Shown: piece by piece, positions 9,107-17,377 of the stretch
How positions within the stretch are numbered: the stretch's first letter is position 1
How the letters are laid out: each line of letters begins with the position of its first letter
Assembly: GCA_017394405.1 (NCBI GenBank)
Contig: JAFPYW010000034.1
Location: forward strand, 3,333 to 67,332
Source of the DNA: Alphaproteobacteria bacterium
Lineage (GTDB): Bacteria; Pseudomonadota; Alphaproteobacteria; CAAHEQ01; UBA3637
Length of the DNA: 64,000 bases
Direction: 5' to 3'
Notes under the pieces: generated by a model
What the model saw: only the letters and a program-made list of their open reading frames with translations
Databases searched by the model: none
Told to the model about the DNA's origin: nothing
Position numbers and translations under genes: made by a program

Positions 9107-10807
9107 TCAGACTCCTTCGTGATGCTTTTGTTTGAGGGCTTCCTTTTCATCGTCCGTTATCTTTCTGAATAACGGATCAGTTAAAGTAAAGGCATCTCCC
9201 TCTTTTAAGGTTGCTAATAATTTTTCACTTGGTTGATTCGGCCATATAAACGGCGTTTTTTTGCCAAAGATAGCCAACATTTTTTCGGCCGTAGTCGGCA
9301 TAATCGGCGATGTCAAATGAGCAAACAACCAAATCAAATTCAGGGCGGTATTCAAAATTGTGCCTGCATATTCTTTGTTTTCCTTGGCCACTTTCCATGG
9401 TTCTGTTTGGGCAATGTAGTTATTTCCGGTTGTCCAAATTTCACGTAACAATGCCAGGGATTTTCTGAACTCAATGGCGTCCATCTGGGTCGTATATTTT
9501 TGAATCAGGTCATCCAGCGTGGCGTATAATTCTTTTTCTTTATCTGTGACGGGGCCTATTGGTGGAATGACCGCGCCAAAGTTGTTTTGAGTCATTTTCA
9601 AAACACGATTGACAAAGTTGCCTAACACGTCATTCAAATCTTTATTGATAACAGCTTGGAAAGAATCAAAGCCAAAGAACGAATCGTCAGATTCGGGGCT
9701 GTTGGCTGGAATCCAGTAACGCCAATAATCGGCCGGAAATTCTTCCAACGCTTCATCCAAAAACACACCGCGGTGTTCAGATTTTGAAATTTTGCCGCCA
9801 ATGAAATTCAACCAACTGGTGGCCTTCAAGAAAGACACTTGTGTCCATGGTTCTCCCGATCCGAATAACATGCCTGGGAAGAAAATCGCATGGAACGGAA
9901 TGTTATCTTTACCAATAAATTCGGTATGCACCACTTCGTCAGGATTTAACCACCAATCTTCCCAATGACGATTGGCTGGATCTTTGTCGGCCCATTCTTT
10001 TGTGATGCCGATATAACCGATTGGCGCATCAAACCAACAATAAAAGACTTTGTCGTCATAGCCGGACTTGGGAACGGCAAATCCATTTTTTAAGTCACGT
10101 GTGATGGCGCGCGGTTGGAGGCCCTCTTTTAACCATTTTTTAGCGGTAGTGTAGGCGATGTCTGTCCAAATGCCTTTTTTGCTTTCAATCCAATGGGTAA
10201 TTTGTTCTTGCATTTTATCCAAACGAATGAATAAGTTGTTTGTTTCTTGGAAAACGATATTGTGGCTGCCAGAAACAGTGCTGTATGGATTTTTTAATTC
10301 CTCCGGCTCCAATAATTTTGTGCAATTTTCACATTGGTCGCCCTTGGCTTTTTCGTAGCCGCAATAAGGACATGTGCCCCCCACTTGGCTATCTGCTAAA
10401 TACTGATTATCATCTGGGCAAAACGGTCGTTTGGTTGTTTTTTCCAAAATAAAATCGTTCTTTTCTAGCCCCTCAAAGATCCGATCAGTCAATTCCTTGT
10501 TTTGGTCGGAATCCGTATTACCATAAGCATCAAAGGATAAATTAAAACCTTCATAAATTTTGGTGTGTGCATCATGATATTTTTTGATATATTCTTTGAT
10601 GGAGATTCCTTCCTGCTCGGCTGCAACCTCGATTTTTGTGCCATGCACATCGGTGCCACCAACGAACAAAACATCTTCTCCTTTTGCACGTAAATAGCGA
10701 GCATAAATATCGGCATTCAACATGGCACCGGCCAAATGCCCGATATGTGGCAGCCCGTTGATATATGTCAATGCAGAAGTAATTAAATATTTCTTTTTAG
10801 TCATCAT
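9107..10807 (-). CDS. metG: Methionine--tRNA ligase
   Basis: Contains LTYINGLPHIGHLAG (HIGH-type motif), the zinc knuckle CPYCGYEKAKGDQCENC and GKISKSEHRG (KMSKS-type motif). The true start is MMTKKKYLITS at 10807. The 173-codon N-terminal extension in the ORF track is antisense to rpoZ. Confidence 0.9.
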   Translation of the reverse strand: MMTKKKYLITSALTYINGLPHIGHLAGAMLNADIYARYLRAKGEDVLFVGGTDVHGTKIEVAAEQEGISIKEYIKKYHDAHTKIYEGFNLSFDAYGNTDSDQNKELTDRIFEGLEKNDFILEKTTKRPFCPDDNQYLADSQVGGTCPYCGYEKAKGDQCENCTKLLEPEELKNPYSTVSGSHNIVFQETNNLFIRLDKMQEQITHWIESKKGIWTDIAYTTAKKWLKEGLQPRAITRDLKNGFAVPKSGYDDKVFYCWFDAPIGYIGITKEWADKDPANRHWEDWWLNPDEVVHTEFIGKDNIPFHAIFFPGMLFGSGEPWTQVSFLKATSWLNFIGGKISKSEHRGVFLDEALEEFPADYWRYWIPANSPESDDSFFGFDSFQAVINKDLNDVLGNFVNRVLKMTQNNFGAVIPPIGPVTDKEKELYATLDDLIQKYTTQMDAIEFRKSLALLREIWTTGNNYIAQTEPWKVAKENKEYAGTILNTALNLIWLFAHLTSPIMPTTAEKMLAIFGKKTPFIWPNQPSEKLLATLKEGDAFTLTDPLFRKITDDEKEALKQKHHEGV

Positions 10808-10885
10808 AAACCCTCTAAAAAATTCATTTTTTACTATTATATCTGAAACAAAACGAAAGTGCAAGAATGTTTTTTTATTAAAAAC

Positions 10886-10914
10886 TTGATTTTTACGAAA
10901 AAATGCGATATACT
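10886..10914 (+). promoter_or_regulatory. Sigma70-type promoter upstream of rpoZ
   Basis: TTGATT (10886-10891), 17-nt spacer, TATACT (10909-10914). Confidence 0.45.
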
Positions 10915-10953
10915 TATTTCTAAGTTCAAATTTATATGTGGAAAGGAAGAAAA

Positions 10954-11325
10954 ATGGCACGTAGAACAGTAGAAGATTGTATTCAAAGAGTTCCCAATCA
11001 CTTTGAATTGGTTTTGTTGGCGGCAGGTCGCGCAAAATCACTAGAGGCTGGGGCAGATCCGATGGTTCCCAGAGAGGGTGATAAAAATCCGGTTGTGGCT
11101 TTGCGTGAAATCGGTCAAGATGCCGTGGATTTGAAGTTGTTACATGACGGCGTGGTGTCCAGTTTGCAACGTTATGCCGTGGCTTCCGAAGGTGATTCTG
11201 ATGCCGAAGAGTTGAAGGAAGTTGAATCCGAATTGTCTGGCGCAACAACACAAGATGCGTTGTATGCTGACAACGAATTTGTGGAATCTGAATCTTTCCA
11301 AGTGGTGGATAGCACAGAGGCCTAA
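10954..11325 (+). CDS. rpoZ: DNA-directed RNA polymerase subunit omega
   Basis: MARRTVEDCIQRVPNHFELVLLAAGRAKSL is the canonical RpoZ N-terminus. AGGAAG lies upstream of the ATG at 10954, and the gene has an acidic C-terminal tail. Confidence 0.85.
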   Translation: MARRTVEDCIQRVPNHFELVLLAAGRAKSLEAGADPMVPREGDKNPVVALREIGQDAVDLKLLHDGVVSSLQRYAVASEGDSDAEELKEVESELSGATTQDALYADNEFVESESFQVVDSTEA

Positions 11326-11352
11326 TCAACGCTTACGAACAAAGGGGGGAGT

Positions 11353-13275
11353 ATGCGTTCTGATGAATTGATCGAAACAGTCAGAAAATATGATAAACAC
11401 GCCGATATAAATGGGTTGCGTCGGGCGTGTATTTTTGCCGAAAAAATGCATCACGATCAACGCCGTGATAGTGGTGAGAAGTATATTATACATCCGTTGG
11501 CTGTGGCAGAAATTTTAGCGACTTATAAATTGGATAGTCAAGCCATTATTGCAGCATTATTGCACGATACAGTTGAAGATACTCCCGCATCATACGAATC
11601 GGTTCGGGCTCTGTTTGGTAAAGAGGTTGCTGAGTTGGTGCAAGGGCTGACAAAACTGGAAAGTTTTCAATTGCAATCATCTGCTTCAGGGCAGGCGGAA
11701 AATTTCCAAAAATTGATTTTGGCTTCCAGTAAAGATGTGCGAATCTTAATCATTAAAATGGCTGATCGTTTGCATAATATGAGGACTTTATGTAATTGTT
11801 CGCCGGAAAAACGTAAAAGAAAAGCCCAAGAAACAATGGATATTTTCGTGCCATTGGCTGAACGTTTGGGCCTGCATAAAATTCAAATTGAATTGGAAGA
11901 TTTATCTTTCAAGGAAATCAATCCGACTGCATACGCCAACATTCAAAAGCGTTTACAGGAAATGCAAACAAAAAACAAAATCAATATCCAATCTGTTATT
12001 CGCGAACTAAAGCAATTACTGATTCGGTCAAAAATCAAAGGAGACGTATTGGGGCGCGTGAAGATGCCATATTCTTTGTGGCGAAAATTACAAAAGCATC
12101 GCAATGAAATGTCTTCTATTTTTGATATTTTGGGGTTCCGTATTGTTGTTAAAAATGTACCAGATTGTTATCGTGTTTTGGGCCTTGTACATAATAGATA
12201 TCGCGCGATCCCGGGACGTTTTAAGGATTATATTTCCACCCCGAAAGACAGCGGATATCGATCTTTGCAGACCAGCGTTATTTCCGAAAAAGGATGGCCA
12301 TTGGAAATTCAAATTCGGACAGAGGATATGGAAGCCGAGGCAATGTATGGTATTGCGGCGCATTGGTCATACAAACAAGGGGTTAAACACGATGGCAAGA
12401 AACTGCCTTGGATGAAGGAATTTTTGAATATTATGTCGCAATCTAAGGACGCCAGCGAATTTTTGCGAAATGTTCAATTGCACTTATATACCGATAAATT
12501 ATTCTGTTTCGGTGCGGATGGCACATTGTATTCTTTGCGGCAAGGGGCAACGGTTTTGGATTTTGCTTGTGCTCAGGGAAGTAAAGTGGCTTTGAAATGT
12601 TTGGGGGCCACGGTCAATGGCGATGCAGCACCTTTAACACAACGGTTGGTTGATGGGGATAAGGTTGTTTTCAAATTGGCCAATAAAATTGTCGCTGATA
12701 AGAGTTGGTTAAAAATTGTGACAACGGCTCAAGCACAATCATTGTTGGAAAGTTATTTTGCAGAAAAACCAAAAGAAACAGAATCTTGGTTTTCGCGGTG
12801 GTGGGCTGGAAAATGGCATAAAGATGCTGAAATTTTGGGTTTGAAATCAAACACAAAGTATATCTTTGATCCTGCATGCCATCCAAAACCAGGAGATTCC
12901 ATTGTGGGCATTGATGACGGTAAGCAAGTGGTGATTCATAAGCGGACTTGTCCGAGATTAAGGAGTTATGAGTCCAATCCGCGGCGTTGGATTCCGTTGG
13001 AATGGCATAATCCGGATAAAAAGAAAAATACTTTAGAAGTTTCCTTGGCTCTTGTTTGGAAAACACGTCCAGAAAGTATGGGAAAAGTGATTGATACATT
13101 GACACAAGCGCACGCTGAAATTCAACAATTGACTACCTTGCAACAGGGGCACAAGAAAACCAATGTTATCGCCGATATTCGGGTTAGAAATAAAGATCAT
13201 TTGTTGGATGTTTTAGACGCATTGCGTGCTTGTGATGTTGTTGAATCTGTGTATCAGGAAAAGGGCGACAAATGA
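11353..13275 (+). CDS. spoT: Bifunctional (p)ppGpp synthetase/hydrolase (RelA/SpoT homolog)
   Basis: 640 aa. The HD hydrolase block reads HHDQRRDSGEKYIIHPLAVA...LLHDTVEDT. The synthetase block reads RFKDYISTPKDSGYRSLQT...EIQIRT. Sits in the rpoZ-spoT-acpS order. Confidence 0.9.
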   Translation: MRSDELIETVRKYDKHADINGLRRACIFAEKMHHDQRRDSGEKYIIHPLAVAEILATYKLDSQAIIAALLHDTVEDTPASYESVRALFGKEVAELVQGLTKLESFQLQSSASGQAENFQKLILASSKDVRILIIKMADRLHNMRTLCNCSPEKRKRKAQETMDIFVPLAERLGLHKIQIELEDLSFKEINPTAYANIQKRLQEMQTKNKINIQSVIRELKQLLIRSKIKGDVLGRVKMPYSLWRKLQKHRNEMSSIFDILGFRIVVKNVPDCYRVLGLVHNRYRAIPGRFKDYISTPKDSGYRSLQTSVISEKGWPLEIQIRTEDMEAEAMYGIAAHWSYKQGVKHDGKKLPWMKEFLNIMSQSKDASEFLRNVQLHLYTDKLFCFGADGTLYSLRQGATVLDFACAQGSKVALKCLGATVNGDAAPLTQRLVDGDKVVFKLANKIVADKSWLKIVTTAQAQSLLESYFAEKPKETESWFSRWWAGKWHKDAEILGLKSNTKYIFDPACHPKPGDSIVGIDDGKQVVIHKRTCPRLRSYESNPRRWIPLEWHNPDKKKNTLEVSLALVWKTRPESMGKVIDTLTQAHAEIQQLTTLQQGHKKTNVIADIRVRNKDHLLDVLDALRACDVVESVYQEKGDK

Positions 13276-13661
13276 TTATAGGATTAGGATTAGATTTGGT
13301 GGATGTGGCCCATTTCAAACGGGTGGCACAAAAGGGCGGTAAGGCCTTTTTTACCAAAATTTTGACTGATTCTGAATATGCGGAATGGCAAAAATTATCA
13401 TCTGTTCAAAAAATCAGATTTGGTGCCAAACGTTATGCCGCGAAGGAAGCATTTGCCAAAGCCTGTGGTACGGGCATTGGGGAATTTGTGGGTTTAAAAG
13501 ATGTCGGGGTGGATCACGATAAATTGGGGCGTCCATTGTTGCATTTTAGCCCGAATATGCAAAAAAGATTAAAAAAAAGATTCGGATCTTCCGTTCGTGC
13601 GGAAGTGTCCATTTCTGACGATAAAGTGGCTGGCGCCGTCGTTATTCTGTCTCAAGATTAG
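13272..13661 (+). CDS. acpS: Holo-[acyl-carrier-protein] synthase
   Basis: 129 aa. MIIGLGLDLVDV...AAKEAFAKA matches the AcpS pattern. A 4-bp ATGA overlap couples it to spoT. Confidence 0.85.
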   Translation: MIIGLGLDLVDVAHFKRVAQKGGKAFFTKILTDSEYAEWQKLSSVQKIRFGAKRYAAKEAFAKACGTGIGEFVGLKDVGVDHDKLGRPLLHFSPNMQKRLKKRFGSSVRAEVSISDDKVAGAVVILSQD

Positions 13662-14067
13662 ATTGTTCGTTCATTTGTTGCACTGGCACGGACAAATTAT
13701 CTGTCGGTTGTTCGGTGGCGCCGGCATCCAATTCTTCAACCGCAGGAGTGGCTTCTTCATTTTCAGCGGGGGCTTGTTGGGCCTCACGGGAAGCGCGTAG
13801 AGCATTTTCATTTTCAATCGCCAAATTTTGCAAGCGCATGTAGTGGTCGGCATATTGACGATATTGCTCTGCCAAAATCATATCATTGGCGGTGGAAGCA
13901 TCCTTGGCCAAAGCGGCATACTTTTCGTTTAATTGCAATGGAGTGCCGCGCAATTTTCCGGCCGGACCCGATGAATCTAAACAGGTATTGCGATAAATAG
14001 TTTGAGTTGGACGATTGTTTCTATTATTAAAACGTCTATTTTGACGATTGTGATTATTTTGTTTCAT
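13642..14067 (-). CDS. DUF4167 domain protein
   Basis: 141 aa with an Asn/Arg-rich N-terminus followed by GKLRGTPLQLNEKYAALAKDA...AEQYRQYADHY, the alphaproteobacterial DUF4167 pattern as I remember it. Confidence 0.7.
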   Translation of the reverse strand: MKQNNHNRQNRRFNNRNNRPTQTIYRNTCLDSSGPAGKLRGTPLQLNEKYAALAKDASTANDMILAEQYRQYADHYMRLQNLAIENENALRASREAQQAPAENEEATPAVEELDAGATEQPTDNLSVPVQQMNEQSNLETE

Positions 14068-14211
14068 ATGCCCTCAATGTTTTGTAAAAAATAAATCCAT
14101 TTTAAAAACTACAACAGGATTCAATCAATCCTTCAATGGATTACGAGAAATATGATACACAAATTTTGAAAAGATGTCAAGAGGAATCAACATGTTTTAG
14201 ATTAAGATTCC

Positions 14212-14239
14212 TTGACAAAGTAAGGACATCTGGTAAAAT
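14212..14239 (+). promoter_or_regulatory. Sigma70-type promoter upstream of the epimerase gene
   Basis: TTGACA (14212-14217), 16-nt spacer, TAAAAT (14234-14239). Confidence 0.4.
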
Positions 14240-14277
14240 GGCGAATAGATAGGGGTGTTTTTATGAAAGGAGCGAGC

Positions 14278-15228
14278 ATGTCATCAACAATTTTAGTTAC
14301 AGGTGGCGCGGGCTTTATCGGATCATCTTTGGCCGATAAATTGTTGGCTTTGGGACATCGTGTGATTGTGTTTGATAATTTTAATGATTACTATGATCCC
14401 GCCATCAAACAAAAAAACATAGAACAGGCTTTACAAAACAAAAATTATAAACTTTATAAAGGGGATATTGAACGCATTGACGATTTGGAAAAGGTCTTTG
14501 CTGAAAATAAAATAGACGCCATTGTTCATTTGGCTGCGCGGGCAGGTGTTCGTCCATCCATAGAGGCCCCGTTGGCGTATGCCATGACGAATATCATTGG
14601 AACATTAAACATCTTGGAAATGATGAAAAAATATAACATCAAACGTATGAGCATGGCGTCTTCTTCTTCAGTTTATGGAAATTGCAAGGCGGATAAGTTT
14701 TCGGAAGATTTAAATATTCGTGAGCCGATTTCACCGTATGCGGCCACGAAATCAGCGGACGAGCAAATTTGCTATACCTATCATCATTTGTATGGGATGG
14801 AAATTTATATGCTCAGGTTTTTTACCGTTTTTGGACCACGGCAACGTCCCGACTTGGCAATTAATAAATTTGTCAATCTGATTATGAATGATAAGCCCAT
14901 TGATATGTATGGCGATGGATCAACGATGCGCGATTACACATATATTGACGATATTACAGACGGCATTGTGGCATCTTTGAATTATCATGAAACGGGTTAT
15001 GAAATTTTTAATCTGGGTGGTGGCAGTCCTGTTACCTTGAAACAAATGATAGAAACGATTGAAGATGTGTTGGGCAAAAAGGCACAAATCAACCAACTGC
15101 CTATGCAACCGGGAGACGTTGATAAGACCGTTTCAGACATATCTAAGGCACAACGTTTGCTGGGATATCATCCCCATACTTCTTTCAAGGAAGGCATTCG
15201 TAAATTTGTTGAGTGGAAAAGGGGGTAA
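14278..15228 (+). CDS. NAD-dependent sugar-nucleotide epimerase/dehydratase (SDR family, UDP-glucuronate/UDP-sugar 4-epimerase-like)
   Basis: ILVTGGAGFIGS Rossmann motif and the YAATK catalytic YxxxK. The start is placed at the ATG at 14278 (AGGAG 5 nt upstream) rather than 14263. Confidence 0.85.
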   Translation: MSSTILVTGGAGFIGSSLADKLLALGHRVIVFDNFNDYYDPAIKQKNIEQALQNKNYKLYKGDIERIDDLEKVFAENKIDAIVHLAARAGVRPSIEAPLAYAMTNIIGTLNILEMMKKYNIKRMSMASSSSVYGNCKADKFSEDLNIREPISPYAATKSADEQICYTYHHLYGMEIYMLRFFTVFGPRQRPDLAINKFVNLIMNDKPIDMYGDGSTMRDYTYIDDITDGIVASLNYHETGYEIFNLGGGSPVTLKQMIETIEDVLGKKAQINQLPMQPGDVDKTVSDISKAQRLLGYHPHTSFKEGIRKFVEWKRG

Positions 15229-15230
15229 TC

Positions 15231-15305
15231 TGGCTGGGGTGGCTGGATTCGAACCAACGAATGACGGTATCAAAAACCGTTGCCTTACCACTTGGCGACA
15301 CCCCA
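15231..15305 (-). tRNA. tRNA-Gln (anticodon UUG)
   Basis: The reverse strand folds as a 75-nt cloverleaf. Acceptor is UGGGGUG/CACCCCA. The anticodon arm is ACGGU-UUUUGAU-ACCGU. The T-arm is GUUGG-UUCGAAU-CCAGC. The 3' CCA is encoded. Confidence 0.92.
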
Positions 15306-15372
15306 ATCATTTAATGGATGAAAGATATTCTAGCAGATTTTATCAAAAAATGCAAGAGGTATTTTGAACGCC

Positions 15373-15693
15373 CTAACGTGAAGACTTGCAATGGAAATTT
15401 CGTCCGATGTGTCTGCGAAAGGCTGGGTCAAGAGCCATCCCTTGTCCATTTTTAGGGTAAAACAAACGGAGATCTCTGGTGCCAAATTTAACCATTTGCC
15501 GTTCTATTTCATAAACATTATTTGTCCAGTAAGTTCTATCTTGTTGGGACAAACAATCAAACCTTGCTGCCGCAACTTTCTCATCTTCTGCGTTTGCAAA
15601 TTCATGTCCATGTTTTCTGGCTTCTTCGCGAGCAAATAACAATTTAACTTCTTCTGCTGCCATGTTTTCCATTTGTACGTTCGTATTTTCCAT
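15373..15693 (-). CDS. Hypothetical protein (106 aa) located between two co-oriented tRNA genes
   Basis: Open frame with AAGGAT 7 nt upstream of the ATG at 15693. No family recognised. Confidence 0.5.
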   Translation of the reverse strand: MENTNVQMENMAAEEVKLLFAREEARKHGHEFANAEDEKVAAARFDCLSQQDRTYWTNNVYEIERQMVKFGTRDLRLFYPKNGQGMALDPAFRRHIGRNFHCKSSR

Positions 15694-15717
15694 AGTGTAT
15701 CCTTTTCTATGTAAAAC

Positions 15718-15794
15718 TGGCGCGCCCGGCGAGATTCGAACTCACGACCTTCGCCTTCGGAGGGCGACACTCTATCCAGCTGAGCTACGGGCGC
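15718..15794 (-). tRNA. tRNA-Arg (anticodon CCG)
   Basis: The reverse strand folds as a 77-nt cloverleaf. Acceptor is GCGCCCG/CGGGCGC. The anticodon arm is UCGCC-CUCCGAA-GGCGA. The T-arm is GUGAG-UUCGAAU-CUCGC. The 3' CCA is encoded. Confidence 0.92.
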
Positions 15795-15806
15795 TTGATA
15801 GGGCAT

Positions 15807-15835
15807 ATTATACCGCAAAAACCAAAAAAAATCAA
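15807..15835 (-). promoter_or_regulatory. Sigma70-type promoter for tRNA-Arg (and possibly the downstream orf106 and tRNA-Gln)
   Basis: The reverse strand reads TTGATT-17 nt-TATAAT. The -10 element ends 12 nt before the mature tRNA 5' end. Confidence 0.55.
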
Positions 15836-15846
15836 GGTGTTTTTCC

Positions 15847-16794
15847 CTAGCCCCAATGGACAAGCATTTGGATCTTTTGAGCAATATCGGGGGCAGGGTT
15901 CAGGTATTTTGGTTTCATCTTGCCTGGCTTTAAGGCATCCATGGCATAGCCCCCTTCGTATAGTGCTTTGTGGAAGCGGGCATGCTTTTCGCTGACCATC
16001 CCATCGGGCGCAAAAATATACACGGGTTTATTTGTGCCGCAACATTCAGTGCACATGGACATAGAATCCCCTGTCACCACAATCATATCCGCCCACGCCA
16101 ACAACCCAAAATAGGGGTTTTCCGCTTTGTCGCCAAAACGATAGAAAAATTTGTTTTTCGGCAATTTCTTTTGCAACAATTCCACAATCTTTTTTGGAGT
16201 GCGGCGAGATGTTGTCGTAATCACGCTGGCTGGTTTTAGAGTGGCCACAGATTGAATTAAAGCATTTCCCATTTCAGTCGTAAATTCTTTGCCCTTTGTG
16301 GTGCCACCAACCAACAAAGCAATGCGTGGCTTTGGAAATTTACCCAATGTTTTTTCCCATTTTGCTTTTTCTTTTTTCAGGCGTTCCTCGGTAATGCGGT
16401 GGGGCGTGCCCAAAACTTGCATCACATTTTTGGCGTGTCCTTTGTAATTATCGTGGACGGGCAATACTATTAAATCCGCATCCTTTGCGCCGTTTAGTGG
16501 GTTCATCAGTTGCACAATTTTTGTTTTCCCTTTGCTTAAACGTTTGATAGCACGAGCAATCGGAAAACTGCGCCGACCGGCACTTAAAACCACATCTGGG
16601 AAATGGTGAGTTAAATCCTTTTTATATTTGGAATCAAGTCCGATAAATGTCCGCCAACGTAACCAGTTTGGCAAACGAATCCATTTGTTGTAGCGAATTT
16701 CTTTGCGTTCATAGGGGGCACCCAACGCCTCGGCAATGCCCAACAACTGATTGACATTTCCAGCACGATCATCGGCCAAAATCCATACTTTCAT
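15847..16794 (-). CDS. ELM1/DUF1022 family protein (putative glycosyltransferase-fold)
   Basis: 315 aa. MKVWILADDRAGNVNQLLGIAEALG... matches the N-terminus of bacterial 'mitochondrial fission ELM1' family proteins as I remember them. Confidence 0.65.
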   Translation of the reverse strand: MKVWILADDRAGNVNQLLGIAEALGAPYERKEIRYNKWIRLPNWLRWRTFIGLDSKYKKDLTHHFPDVVLSAGRRSFPIARAIKRLSKGKTKIVQLMNPLNGAKDADLIVLPVHDNYKGHAKNVMQVLGTPHRITEERLKKEKAKWEKTLGKFPKPRIALLVGGTTKGKEFTTEMGNALIQSVATLKPASVITTTSRRTPKKIVELLQKKLPKNKFFYRFGDKAENPYFGLLAWADMIVVTGDSMSMCTECCGTNKPVYIFAPDGMVSEKHARFHKALYEGGYAMDALKPGKMKPKYLNPAPDIAQKIQMLVHWG

Positions 16795-17172
16795 TTAGAA
16801 TCCTTTCACAACCACTTTGTTGGCGGCGGCCTTTTTTTGCAACTGAGTAATGCCTTTTTTGATGGCTTTTTCTTGTTTGGCGGAATCTTGTTTTTCGGAA
16901 CAGATATCCGTTTGAAAATACTGACATGGACGGCCCAAATAAGCCACATTTGCGGATTTATCATTCACGGCGGCGGTGCGTTGTTCGGCATCCATTTGTT
17001 CTTTTTCAACATAAATGGTCAAGGGTTCGCCCGGCTGATTCACGCGATACCAACCAGATAAAACATACGGCGGCGTATTCAGCGTTTGAAAGCGAAAATC
17101 GGCCTTATCCAACGGGTTGTGATAGGCACATCCGCCTAAAACCAATAAAGAAATAATACATAATTTTTTCAT
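16795..17172 (-). CDS. Lipoprotein, function unknown
   Basis: 125 aa with the lipobox MKKLCIISLLVLGGC. Its stop codon abuts the ELM1 start, indicating an operon. Confidence 0.6.
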   Translation of the reverse strand: MKKLCIISLLVLGGCAYHNPLDKADFRFQTLNTPPYVLSGWYRVNQPGEPLTIYVEKEQMDAEQRTAAVNDKSANVAYLGRPCQYFQTDICSEKQDSAKQEKAIKKGITQLQKKAAANKVVVKGF

Positions 17173-17199
17173 AACTTTAGAATAACAAAAAAAGTATAG

Positions 17200-17228
17200 A
17201 TTGACAAGTGCTTTGTGGATTTTTATAT
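17200..17228 (+). promoter_or_regulatory. Sigma70-type promoter upstream of the 21-codon micro-ORF
   Basis: TTGACA (17200-17205), 17-nt spacer, TATATG (17223-17228). Confidence 0.4.
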
Positions 17229-17265
17229 GAAAATTGACACCCAGCGTGTCTGAAAGGAGCTTAAA

Positions 17266-17331
17266 ATGCCAGGATGCGGATGTGGTTGTGGCACCAAAAA
17301 AGGTGGCAAACCCAAAGAAACTAAAAAGTAA
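17266..17331 (+). CDS. Micro-ORF encoding MPGCGCGCGTKKGGKPKETKK (21 aa)
   Basis: AAAGGAG lies 7 nt upstream of the ATG. The ORF is flanked by a promoter-like element and a strong hairpin terminator. It is too short for the ORF track. Confidence 0.45.
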   Translation: MPGCGCGCGTKKGGKPKETKK

Positions 17332-17333
17332 TC

Positions 17334-17366
17334 AAAAACCCCGACCAACCGGCCGGGGTTTGTTGT
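17334..17366. terminator. Bidirectional intrinsic terminator between the micro-ORF and the giant Cys-rich gene
   Basis: AACCCCGACC-aacc-GGCCGGGGTT hairpin with one A/C mismatch. An A-run lies on the left and a T-rich tract (tttgttgt) on the right. Confidence 0.6.
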
Positions 17367-17377
17367 AACAAAACAGC

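Noticed and set aside
10808-11329. 173-codon N-terminal extension of the metG ORF (ORF track 9107-11329)
   Set aside because: The extension is Pro/Arg/His-rich nonsense antisense to rpoZ. MetRS homology begins exactly at MMTKKKYLITS (10807).
12671-13105. 144-aa minus-strand ORF inside spoT (also 12088-12363 on the minus strand and 12104-12415 on the plus strand)
   Set aside because: It lies antisense or out of frame within a confidently assigned RelA/SpoT gene.
15504-15884. 126-aa minus-strand ORF and 62-aa plus-strand ORF (15662-15850) crossing tRNA-Arg
   Set aside because: Their translations include the typical tRNA-derived peptide (…AQLDRVSPSEGEGREFESRRA…). The locus is a tRNA gene.
17226-17252. 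8-codon ORF (MKIDTQRV) between the promoter and the micro-ORF, as a possible leader peptide
   Set aside because: It has no SD, and its ATG overlaps the proposed -10 element. It is most likely fortuitous.
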